A stretch of DNA of 60,000 nucleotides from Lama glama (lineage: Eukaryota). Both the position numbers and the translations under genes were made by a program. The stretch spans positions 48,672,001 to 48,732,000 of the forward strand of contig CM052818.1 of assembly GCA_028534125.1 (NCBI GenBank), read 5' to 3'. Numbering within the stretch: the first letter of the stretch is position 1; each line of letters opens with the position of its first letter. Under the pieces are notes generated by a model. The model was given only the letters and a program-made list of their open reading frames with translations. It searched no databases and had not been told where the DNA came from. Shown one piece after another: positions 41,633 to 53,827 of this stretch.

Positions 41633-42000
41633 ATTGCTTCATCCAGCTGAGCTGCTGTAATAAAATACTGTAGACTGGATGGTGTACACATCAAACATTT
41701 ATTTCTCAGTTCTGGAGGCTGGAAAGTTCAGCATCAAGGTGCCATCAGACCCAGTACCTGATGAGGACCTGCTTCCTGGATTGTGGGGGACCATCCTCTT
41801 CCTGTGTCCTCACAGGGTGGAGAGTAGAAGAAGTTGGCTCTCTGATGTCTCTTCTTATCAGAGCACAAATCCTATTCATGGGATCTCCACCCTCATGGCC
41901 TAAGCACCTACCAAAGGTCCTCCTGCCAAATATCATTACTTCGGGGACTTAGGCTTCAATACAGGAATTTTGAAGGGACATAAACATTTGGTCCATAGTA
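41633..42000 (-). mobile_element. MaLR LTR (MLT1A-like)
   Basis: gctgctgtaataaaatac...tttatttctcagttctggaggctggaaagt...ggacataaacatttggtccatag. Confidence 0.85.
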
Positions 42001-45000
42001 AAGAACATGCCAGTGCCTGGCAAGGATTCACTGTCTTACACGTTTGAGCACCGGCGACGCGGAGTCGTGCATGAAGATTTGTATGGTGTCAGAAGGTTTT
42101 CCCATGTTCCCACCAAGTAGCGCTCTCTACCTTCTTTTGACTTGGTAATTTCCTTGAAGGGAATTTGAGTTATTTTTAAACATACATTTTAACACATAAG
42201 GAGAGCCCTCCATGGTGTCTTTAGAGCCTTCCATCTCTGTTCCTTGCCCAACATCGATCAACCACTGTCCGTCAGAAATGTTTCCAGAATCCAACATTAA
42301 TGACAAAATGGCATGCCAGTGCTCCCCCTTGGACAGGATGGCACTGACGGGGGCCTCTGCAGCAAGAGCATGTGTGCTCATTAGCCCAAGGCTGTTGCCA
42401 AGACTGCAGGGCTGTTCCTGATTGACTGGTCATGTGAATCTCCCTCAGGGTGTGAAGAACTGTATCAAAGTCAATTAGCATCATGCAAAACACATCAACG
42501 TAATTTGGCACAGGTTATGTCATGTCATCAACTCACTTTCTGAAAGAAGCTTCAAACTCCTTATCAGGACATGGAAAACTTCTAAAATCCTCTTCCACCA
42601 GCGTTTCCAGCATCCCCAGTTAAACACATTATATTTTAGCAATGGTGAACTGCTTGCCAATTTTCCAAGCACAGCAATTGCTTTCAGGTCTCTGTGCTTT
42701 TTTTGTTTTTCTAAGCTGTGTTCTCAGCACAGAATATAGTATCATTTTCTGCCCATCATAAATCCCTCTGTTTCAAGCTTTAGGCTGAATGACATTTCTA
42801 CCATAAGGAGTATTTTGTTCCCTGTAGTCAGAGCACATCATGTCATTCCTTTTGCTGGCTCCTCTGTTATAGGACTTACTGAACGTGTGCTTGTCTGGGT
42901 GGTAGAAGATACAGTCTCGCCCCGCCGATGACCAGAACTAATTCCACAGATCTGCTTGCTTGGGGACAGCCTGTCACTGTGCTGCAAGCGAACCTAGTGC
43001 AGCTCAGTGAAAGAGAATGATCCTTCCAGAGAGAAATGAACCGAAAGCAGCAGACCATTCTCTTTATGGAAGCATGTACCTTCCAGCTGCGTTGTGATGG
43101 GACTCAGGTATCACGCGCTGTGGAGTTAGACGTTGTCGACGAGTCATATTTTGTTATTTCTGAGTGGCCCGCAGGGACCCGGGAAGAGAAGCTGAACTGT
43201 GCCCTCCGACTGAGACGCAGCGCCAGGGCTGGAGCCGTGGGAGGGAGCCGGCAATGGAAACTGGATTCTGACAGAGACAACAGGATCCTTTGGAGAGAGA
43301 GCTAGTGACGTCTACCCCGCCCTGAGCATGGATGGAACGTAGTCCATGTCGATACTAAGCAAGGGGTCCCGGAAGAGTGGAAATGGAGCTCCAGGGTAGA
43401 GCGATGCCTGATACTTGAATTCTCTCCATCTCAGCCTGCCTGGGGGCACCTATAAACCAGGACCGGGAGAGACAGGCAGCAAACTGGAGGAAGCACCACC
43501 CTGAGGGCCCAAGCAATGCCCCTTGGGATCGTTCCTTCCTCATCCTCCTTTACAGACCAGGACTTGAGCCAGGGCGGGTGCTCCCTACAGCGCACAGAGA
43601 GGCTGAGCTGGAAGTCAGGAGTGGATGAGAGCCCCAGGTGAGCACGTGAGGCTGAGAGCCGGCGGGCCATTGGGAGTGTACCAGCTACATCTGCATCAGA
43701 CAAGATGCAGGAAAAGCAAGGACAGGTGTGACAGCTGCCACTTGGATATAAGACAGCCTCATCTTTGGGGGCTCCCGCAGCATCTCAAGAACTAGGAAGG
43801 AAGAGCAGCAGTTCTGTAATTTGGCAGATGAGGGGCGAGCCAAGGTACCTACACGTAAACTCTTCAAATGACCTTAGCGAGGATCCTCACACGGTGGGGT
43901 TTTTGGAGACACTTGGGTTGCCTGAGCGTTATTCACAGCTTCGTTGGCTTTCTTCGCCACGTGAAGTGGCCCCGAGGGCTTGCATGGCATCAGCTGCTGC
44001 TTCTCTCCCTCCGCAGTTGTTTTCCATGGTGGGCACTAAATACAAATCTGTTTTATTATTGTGATTCTTGTTTTGCTTTGTTTTTTGAAATAATAACAGA
44101 AGGTGTGGGGTCCTAAACGACATAGATAACAACATTTCCGTTCTGGCCAGGAGTTTTTAGAATTTAATTTTGGATGAATTTCCAGTTTCTTGTCGATTGA
44201 TTTAAATCATGTTTCCCTTTACCAGGGCTTATGACAAAATTATAATCCTTTATAATTACTTCTATGATTTCTGTAGCCCTTCTTCCAGAACCCTAAGAAG
44301 CCTGGGTCTTTACGTGTTGTAACTCATGTTTAGTTTATACACATGTAACCTCTGTTATTCAGATTGTAGCTGAATGCCCAGAGACAATTGCTAGAAACTT
44401 CTCTCCTTTCCATTGCCTTTAATTTTCCTTTCTTTAAAAAAACATGAATTTTTGTTGAACAAATTTAATGAATACCAGATTTTTCACCGCAATTTGCCCT
44501 ATTTTCCAATCTTCTGTGGTTTATCTCAGACACACATTGATCTCCACTCTTTTGAAAAATGAAGCTTTTGATAAAACTGACTATAGTCGTATCGTCTTTC
44601 AGAAATGAGGTGTGCATATGTCTCATTTTCCTGTGCTTTCACTGTCATTTAAAGACGATTTTATTTTTGGCTAACCTCTTTCCTTTTATGCAGTGACCTT
44701 AAGAACGCTTTTTTTTCCAGAAAATAATTGATAAGAGAAACTTTGTTCCGTTTGCCTTCACAATCGTTTTCTGAAATGAAACAATTAAAGAGATATTATG
44801 AGTGATTGGGGTAATATTAAATGCTCCCGGGGGTCCCTTTTCTTTTAAGTTGCTTCCATGGCTAAGAGACTCCTTCCTTGCTCTGTAAAAAGCAAGTCAT
44901 AAACAGTCACACTGTCACAGATGTCACAAATGTCCCAGCCGACTGTCTTGCCCAGGCGGGAGGCCCGCTCGCCCAGCTCCTCCTCCACTGGCCCAGGTTT

Positions 45001-46491
45001 GCTGACGCTCACGGTTAGAGGGAACCTGTTGGCGAGTAGCAGGGTCAGGATTGGATCTTGGCTCCAAGCCCATGAGAACCCTTCAGAAGCAACAGATACA
45101 TTTTGAAGTGACACAGTTTGCTTTGTGATTAACCGGGACCCGGAAAGACTGACGCTAAGTCTTGAGTTGTACCTACCGAGCTGATGAGGCTGCTTCACAA
45201 AGTATTTCATGCCCAAGACAGTTTGTCTACACCTGCCAGCCTTGGTGACAAGGACACCTTAAACCTTCTTCTTCCCATTGCGTCCTTTGTTTCCATCCCA
45301 GTCAACAAGCACATGAGCGTTCAGAAGCAGTAGACGCAATGAAATCCTCCGACCCAGCTCCCTGGGTCCCCCTGGGTGCAGGGGACCTCTGATGCCAGCG
45401 ATGCGGAGGAGAATGAGCTCATGCAGCAAGTCAGCCTACGAATCCTGAGCGATGTTTCACAAGCTTTTTTTGTCTGCAGTTTGGATCTTCTGGGCAGGTG
45501 GAATAAGGTTTAATGAATATATTTTGATTAAAAAAATACATGACTGGTTTCTCTACCCCCAAAGGATAAATGAATAGATGAATAAATAAATAATGAGGAG
45601 ATAGAAAAGAGGGAGAAGGGGAAATTAAACGTTTCCTTTCTGCATACTACAGAGATGCCATTTAAAATATAAATATATTTAAGCACAACCATCAATGCCA
45701 AGGACTTGAGGAAGATTGTTATCAAATATAATTTATAATAAACTCTAATTACATTACGTTTTTTCTTGCCAAAGTTTGGCTTTGCTCAAAGAAATGAAAT
45801 AACCCAGAAATATCAGTATTAGAATAATCCTGTATTTGCAAAACCACAAAAATACTTTTTAATTACGTCTTTCTGTAGCTAAGGCTGATCTTTCACTCAT
45901 TGTGTGATTATATTTTGGGTATTTTCTGCCTATTTCCTACAGTTTGAAATAAACAAGTTTATTTTAAAGTCTACTACAAATGAATGATCAATCAGAGAGC
46001 AAGATATACTATTTCAGGTTTTTCTGGCTGGTCTTTGGTCATCATTTCTGTGTTGTTTCTGACAGTATTACTTCTTAAAGACCACCTCCAGAAAATACTT
46101 GAATTTCCCCTTCACAAAATAAATAAAAAACACTGGAGCTTGTGTTTTAGAAATTTGAGACCAATCCCAGACCTCTGTGATCCTCTGTGTTCACTAAAAT
46201 CTCAATGAATTGAAAGTTTTGATAATAAAAGGTTGGTTTTTTTTTACATTTTTTGGAATTATTTTTGATGAATTCAGATTCACATAAAACCCGGTTTTGA
46301 TACTTAGATTATATTCCTGCCTTGTGAGTAGACTGGCTTTTCTTGCAGGTTTCCTGAGAAGCCGCCGTGGGGAGCACGGGGCAAACCTGGAGGGTCGTCA
46401 GGATGCGATTTGTGTAGCACGAGAGCTGTTGTTTTTCCAATTGTGTTTATTTGTTATTATATTACTTAAATATTTTAATTTTTGTGCGGCT

Positions 46492-46601
46492 GGGGGGAGG
46501 TAATTCGATTTATTTATTATTAGAGGAGGTACTGGGGATTGAACCCAGGACCTGGGGCATGCTAAGCATGCACTCTACCACTCAAGTTATCCCCTTCTCC
46601 C
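46492..46601 (-). mobile_element. tRNA-derived SINE, camelid Vic-1-like
   Basis: Reverse complement reads gagtggtagagtgcatgcttagcatg...ggtcctgggttcaatccccagtacctcc...aataaataaat...aattacctcccc, with a tRNA-like head and B box GGTTCAATCC. Confidence 0.8.
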
Positions 46602-48146
46602 TGTTTTCAACTTTCAATTCAAGTATAACATGCATTATAGGAAAGGACACAAATGCTACCACATACCACTGAATTTTAACAAAGGGCACACACTGCACCC
46701 GCGGGGACCCCACCGGTGCCCCCCAACTGGCATCTTGTCTCAGCAGCAGGAATTTTGATCCACCACGGCTAGGCAGCTTTTCCACAGGAGATCAGATGCA
46801 CCTCACGCAGCATATGCTGTTTTATGCAGGTGGTAGCAAGCATTGCACTGTGAGAAAAATCAATGCAAAGGAAAACTTAAAATTCTTTACCAAAAGAAGC
46901 CTGACTTTTCCTGAGAATTTAGGAAAGACTGCCATTACATAACAGTACTGGGGATTCACTGGGGCCCGGCTATCGGACGGCAGGGCTGTTGCAGGAGGCT
47001 CGGGGACACCGGGCAGACGGCCCCTGACAGCCCGGGGCCCCAGGAAACTCTCTGCGCCTGCCTGGCCTGGGATGTTCCCATGTACATTGTACAGTCCGCT
47101 CCTCACTGCAGGGGTGCCCGCCACCCGCCCTGGCCACACCGCCCAGGGCCTCTGCTGCCTCCTTTGTCCCGTCTGATGGGTACTCTGGTTTCTGTTATTA
47201 TGTTCAGGCGCCTTCCTTTTGACTCCAGAGGAAACCTGAACTCATTCTTGTACATTTCCCATCGAGGTTTCCAGGAGTCTTATGACACTTTCTCCAAGGG
47301 GAAGGCTCCGGTGTCTGTCTCCCCCGACACGTGTCATCCAGTAGGGCCTTGGGTAAGGTCACTTTCACTCTCTCTTCCCCCCGACCCCCAACATGACCCA
47401 CACACATGCACAGCACACACACACTGACTCCGCAGGGCTTGCTGGAGAAGTCCGGGCGACGCCAGCTGGAAAGGATGAGATGCTGCGGCAGGTGGCTGCA
47501 CTGCGGAGAAGGATTGTTGTAGAAACCAAACCTACCATCTCACCTTGTGGATGGAGTGGCAGGGCACCTCACTGATTCCTGACCTCAGCTGAGTTCATGC
47601 CGCTTCCTGCCACCTGGTTGCTCAATGCCTCCCCACCACCCTTCGTGGGGAATTTGCCTCTGACTCGACTCATCATTTCCTTCCTTGAAAACAGACTTTT
47701 TCTGTGGCAAAAGGGAGATCACCGTTAGCCCTCACCACGACCCCCACACTCTCTGACTCCAGATGTAAAGAAAGTCTTTGCGCGAACATTTCCCAGAATC
47801 AGGAGTAAACTCTGGGAAAGAGAGGGTCTCTGCAGAGCTGCCTGGGTGATGGTCTGGAGAGCCAGGTCAGCGCCCCGCTCCGCAGTGAATAGGGACCCTT
47901 TGCGATCTGTTTTTGGAGTTGTAATTGTTTTTCACGATGAGGATGATTGCTCTGAATTGAAATCTCCTAATGAGAGCTGTTCTCTGAGATCACTAAAATC
48001 AAAATAACAGGAAGATTCTTTTAAGTTCTGCAGTGGGATTTACCCCAAGACCCATTTTTAAATTTGCAGGCTTGAATTAGAGGTGATTGCTCCAGTCTTC
48101 CAACACAATACTTTTTCCGTGACAAATGACACAGAGAGATCTTACC

Positions 48147-48621
48147 TTTCTGAAGCACCATCTTGCTCACAAAGAGATGCATGGTGTCTTCACACACGTG
48201 CCAGAAAGTGTCGTAAATAATTTCAGTGACGTGCCGCTTGTCCAAGGGCAATACAGAAAGTGCACTTGGTAATGAAATACCCATGTGCTTTTATCTTAAT
48301 CTCCTTAACTTACAGGGGAGCAAAATTTACCAGATGGCTGGTTCTTCCTGCTATTAATAGAAATAGTAAAATCTTACCAGGTGTATTTATGTCAACTGTA
48401 GTTGACAAATAATGAACATTGTCACCAAATAAGATGTTTCCCTGAAATGAATACATACACACACGCACACATATACTCAGTAAGTGTAGAAATATATACA
48501 TGTATGCGTGTGCACATATTCAGATACACACATGTGAAAAGTGCTAATCGCCTGCGGTTAGGCCCTCCTGGAACAGTAGCCACAGCAAAGCAGAGCTGAC
48601 CTGGGGCTCTGCTCCCTCATT
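48147..48621. repeat. Left arm of a long inverted repeat
   Basis: Aligns to the reverse complement of 49643-50099; core 48240-48453 has 193/214 identities, ungapped (hand count). Confidence 0.95.
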
Positions 48622-49619
48622 CCGAGTGTTTCCAGCTGGTGACGGTGAACACCCTCTGTTTCCCCATGTGGCCCCTCCCTTGTTCTTCCGACTTCTCGCC
48701 TCCTCTTATTTATTTCTTTACTTACTTCCTAACTCCTTTATTATCTATCATTCATCCTGCAGGAGGGACCTGGGTGACTATTTTTGGAGCACGTCCAGCT
48801 GGCTCTGTGCCCCTCGGCCCGAGGCACGCGTGCTCTGCTCTGGGGGGCGTTTATAGGCAGCCGTGCAGCCATCACATCGCACGGCCAGCGCAGCTTTTGA
48901 GCGAACTCACTTAGCAATGCAGTCACGTGCTTAGCAAAGCCGCAGAAGGGACTCCCGTGAGACGAGACTTTCGGAGTGAGTCTCTGTGCTCAGGGCTGAG
49001 GGCGAGCTGAAGGCCTCGAGGCCCGGAGTTGTGCAAACGTGTGTGAGTCTGCTCCTGGAAATCCCGTCCCGCTGTGGCTGACTGTCCCTGAAACACCAGT
49101 GCGCGGCTCACAGCTGTCCCCGGAGCACCAGGAAGTCTCCCTCCTCCATCTGAAGATGTCTACGTGTGCCCTCCCTCTTCTAAGTGACAAATTTGTGTCA
49201 CAGTGACTGCAGTAACCATGGCAGCTGAGCCATAATTATTGTACTTAATTCTTTTTCTCAAGACGTCACCACCATAGTGAGAAGAAGCAGGGCCTGAGGA
49301 CAGGGTGTGTTTAAGTCCCAGGAGCTAGAACAACCACGCCCGCTAGGGCTTCGCCATGGCAGAGGCCGTGCCTGCTGTGAGTCCGCTGCGTCCGTCAGGG
49401 GGTTTCCGCTTGTGCACATCACTGTCTTCACGGGCATCCAGACCTGATTTTCAAAAATGAAGCTGCAAGGACAGATCTATACGGCTTTTGCAGCTAGTAA
49501 ATAATAGACAGCCAAGATTTGGTGCTAAACCAGGGTCATCATTTGAGACATCCAGAGAAAAATCAAGCTGGTTTTTGAGAGCAATTCAGACAGAAGTGTT
49601 GTGTTTCTACACCTCAACC

Positions 49620-49643
49620 TTCAGCTCAGCTCAGCTCAGCTCA
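49620..49643. repeat. (CTCAG)n short tandem array at the inner edge of the right arm
   Basis: ttcagctcagctcagctcagctca. Confidence 0.8.
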
Positions 49644-50099
49644 ATGTGGGAACAAAGCCCCAGAGTCAGCTCTGCTGTGACCACTCTCCCAGGAGGGCCT
49701 AAAAGCAGGCGATTAGCACTTTTCACGTGTGTGTCGGAATATGTGTACACATACACACGTATGTATTTCTAAACGTACCGAATATCTATATATATTTATT
49801 TCAGGGAAACATCTTACTTGATGACAATGTTCATTATTTGTCAACTACCGTTGACATAAATACACCTGGTAAAATCTTACTATTTCTATTAACAACAGGA
49901 AGAACCAACCACCTGGTAAAGTTTGCTCCCCAGTAAATCGAGGAGATTAAGATAAAAGCACATGGAGATGTCATTACCAAGTGCAATTTCTTTATTGCCC
50001 CTGGACCCATAGAATTTCACTAAAATTGCTTCTGACACTTCCCCGCACACGTGTGAAGATCCCGAGTATCTCTTTGTGAGCGCGACGGCCCTTCAGAAA
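49643..50099. repeat. Right arm of a long inverted repeat
   Basis: Reverse complement of 48147-48621; the ORF track shows near-identical peptides on opposite strands (48310-48501 minus, 49727-49936 plus). Confidence 0.95.
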
Positions 50100-52806
50100 T
50101 GCGACTCAAAAAAAAAGCATTTGTCTGAAGGAGGACTCATCAGTGTATTTTTGGTTTTGTTGTCCTAGTCTGTGCTAATCTATTTCTGAGTAATTTAAGG
50201 TCCTTTAATTTGAGATTTGAGACAGTTCAGAGAAAAGCCAAAATCTTTTATTTTCATGATTTTCTTAGATTTGTGCTATCACCAAAAGGGCCAGTTTTGT
50301 AATACAGAAAGTAGAAATGCAAACACTCTGCCACATTTTCCATATATAACATTTACTTCAGTGACCAGTCTCTAATGAAATCAAGATGTGGCTTGTGCTC
50401 ACAGAAAACTCCATTATTTACAAACTATTTTGACAGGCACGTATAACCCTGATTGAAATAGGGAAGAGAGTAGATTTCTCTCATCCTGTAAGTTAACTCT
50501 TAGTCCCTCCATCTTCATCTGTGCACGAAATCTGAAGACCGACTTGTTACGTTTCTTGAATTCAGTCTTCGTCACAAGTTCTGGAAGGTAAATGGCTGTA
50601 GCCATTTGCTACCTGGATGTCAAGCTCCCCTAACGGGGCGTATTTGGTCTACTTACCATTGAAATGTGAGCTTATGGAGTAAAATCTATCAAGGGTTGGC
50701 CCCAAGCAGATTTTGTTGTTTTTGTTTGTTTATTTTGCTTTTTAATTTTTTTTAACTTCCATTTTCTACTTGAAGAAAGTAGCTGCTTTTTTTTTTTTTT
50801 GGTAAATCCCTTAAATAGACACATTCTTTAATGTTGAAATCACAAAGCCTTTATATTTAAGACATTTTCTTTTACTTAACTGAAACATATGCCTTGAGGG
50901 CAAGACAGAAAAGATAAGTTAAATTTGAATCGGACTCGTCAAACACACACACACACACACAATTTTTTAAGTTTGGTGAATTCAATTACTTTTCATTGCC
51001 AACATTATGTATTTCCCAGATTTCAGACTTAAGACCTCACAGTAAAATCTTTTTTTGTTTTATACAATCCATCTTAATTAACTTATAGCTAAGACGTGCA
51101 GGTCTGTTACCACAGTGCCTTAAGAGTCTTAAATCACTGAGCTAAATCTGTTTTAACTGCTGACTTCTGACAGGGATTCAACTTCCATTTCTGAGCGGTG
51201 TTCTGCTCCAGCTTGTGGACACAGCACTGTGTGTGTGTGTAATTCTAAGAATGGATATGGAAATGACAAGCCCGATTTCAACATTTTAAAAGATTTTTTG
51301 TCTCTCCATTTTAAATATCATCTGTATATGTACACACACACACACACTCACAGCTAGACCCCAAAGTGTAAAAACAAACTAGAGTTGGCTGGTCTGTTGG
51401 TCCCAGATAAGGAGTCAAGTGAATGGCAATTTGCATTTCCGCACATGCAAATTCATGTTCAGATCGCCTTTCTTTGTTTAACTTGGCTCTTTAAGGACTG
51501 TGCTCTTGAAATCTGTGCCAGGCGGTTGGGAGAGAAGTTTTCCACAGTCCCAGGCCCGGCAAGGGTGCAGCTTAGAGTACATAGTGAAAAGCAGGAGAAG
51601 TAAATAAATACATACATGTAAATAAAGGTTTTTTTTTAAATGGCTCCTTTCTCATCGCTGTGTTTTTGGGAAGGTTTGCTATGCGCCCCCTTCCCCATGA
51701 CTGCCCATCACCTCCATCCCTTCTCCTGTGGAGACAGGACAGGAGCCGCACCTTCCGGCACTGGCTTTGGCTCCGGCATCTTTTTCCTGCGACCCCTCCC
51801 CAGGGGGCACACTCATCCCCAGCCTGTCCCGCGGGGCCCCGCTGCACACATGCAAGGAGCCCACTGTGTCCGGGCCCCCTGGGGAATCCAGCCCCTGGTG
51901 CATTCCCAAGCTGGAGATAAAGGTACTAACAGTGTGCTAACAATATGCTAATTAGAAAAGTGTCTTTTGAGCTGTTGGGAAAGTCCAGAAAATGAAGTAT
52001 TTCAAAAGTGAGGATTTCTCAGAGAGTCCCCAGGTAGAGGCTGCGTGTGGACAGTGGCTTGACTGGTCAGTCTGCTTCTCAAGGCTTCCATCTCCTTGTT
52101 GGCTGTGAGCATGGGGTGACCTGGACGCATCACTTCCAAGGCACCTCCAGGCTCCAGCATCCTCTGGTCCTTTCCTGAATCTGCATAGAACTTACCTTCC
52201 TTGCATTTCACATGTTTCTGGAGCTAAAGGCAAGTCGGGGTTGTGTGAGAAGGTGAAGCCTGCGGACAAGCCTCTGTCACAGCTGCCCAGCAGGTCAGGG
52301 GTCCTGCGTCACCCCGTTGCCCTTGTGCTGGGCCAGGTCCCCTGAGTTGGGAACTGGGGGGCCACTGCAGTGGGTGCCCCAGGCCCCTCACTGAGGCCAT
52401 ATCATTCACAAGGTTCTTCTGAGGGTCCTGAGACGAGTTACAATCACTGCTGATGCGCCAATGCATCCGCCTTCTCAGAAAGCAAGGGTGCATTTGAGCA
52501 GTGGTCTGAGCCCCCCAAAGTGACTTCACTTCTGTGAGTTCCTCACCGCATCGCAGAGCTATGGGGAGGAGGTGACTGAAGCTGGATGGCGGGCTTGGCT
52601 GTGCCGTGTGCACCCCCTCACCATGCAGACCAGGTAAAGGGTGGGGGCAGGTTAGGCAAGGCAGGGATGCGCTGTGATGGACAATGCGGTTTCCTGGGAC
52701 CCTGTCTAGTTTCACTTTTAATAGAAGCCTGCCTCTGAAGTATTACAATTAGGAATATTGGTGAGGTTTTGGAAAAGGGTAAACACATTACCTAAAAGAT
52801 AAGGAC

Positions 52807-53287
52807 TGGATAAAGAAGATGTGGTATATTTATACAATGGAATACTACTCAGCTATAAAAACTGACAACATAACGCCATTTGCAGCAACATGGATGCTCC
52901 TGGAGAATGTCATTCTAAGTGAAGTAAGCCAGAAAGAGAAGGAAAAATACTGTATGAGATCGCTTATATGTGGAATCTAAAACAAACAAACAAACAAAGC
53001 ATAAATACAAAACAGAAATAGATTCGCAGACATAGACTACAAACTTGTGGTTGCCAAAGGGGCGGAGGGTGGGAAGGGATAGACTGGGATTTCAAAATTG
53101 TAGAATAGATAAACAAGATTATACTGAACAGCACAGGGAAATATACACAAGATCTTACGGTAGCTCACAGAGAAAAATGTGACAATGAATATATACATGT
53201 TCATGTATAACTGAAAAATTGTACTGTACACTGGAATTTGACACAACATTGTAAAATGATTATAAATCAATAAAAAATGCTAAAAAA
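52807..53287 (+). mobile_element. Young camelid L1 3' end, 5'-truncated, with TSD
   Basis: ORF2 C-terminus, 3' UTR and poly-A; TSD aaaag(a/g)taaggac at 52794-52806 and 53288-53300. Confidence 0.9.
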
Positions 53288-53827
53288 AAAAGGTAAGGAC
53301 ACCAAATATCTGTGCACAAAAAATTAGCCACATCAAGCAAAATTCTCCATAATTAACAGCGGTTTTTAGGACTGAATCTTTCCCTGACACTTCGGATAGA
53401 CTATTTCAGTACCCAAAGCCCGGGGAGAGGTCTGGCCCGTCGCTTCTCAGCACGGGGCTGGGTGTGCGGGTAGCGCTCGCACGGAGTCCTTGTCCCGTGC
53501 TTCCCGAGGGCGCGGGCCTCCATCCGCCGAGTGAGTGCGCCCTGACCTCCCCGAGCTCCCGAGGTAATGCTTTCACTTTGACAGTCTGTTAATTTCACTC
53601 CTAACTGCTTCCCCTCGTCACCCCACTTTGCTGGCAGAGACGCAAATTCTGGCCTCAGTCACTGTCTGAAAAATGGCAATGTTTTGTTGCAGAATAATTC
53701 TTGCACAGAAAACCAAGGGAACTGTTTATTGCAAGGTTCAGAACATAAATCTGGAGTCACCTGGATCTGGGTTTAAATTCAATAGGAAAGTTGTGTCCTT
53801 TTTTGTTTGTTTTAGCCGTCTAACAGA

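Noticed and set aside
46510..46594. tRNA-like sequence
   Set aside because: Degenerate A box and a SINE-type tail; it is a tRNA-derived SINE, not a tRNA gene
50085..50150. Hammerhead-ribozyme-like string on the minus strand (CUGAUGA-GUC-loop-GAC-AAA-UGC...GCA-UU) at the outer edge of the right arm
   Set aside because: The catalytic G12 of GAAA is missing and stem I cannot pair; likely chance
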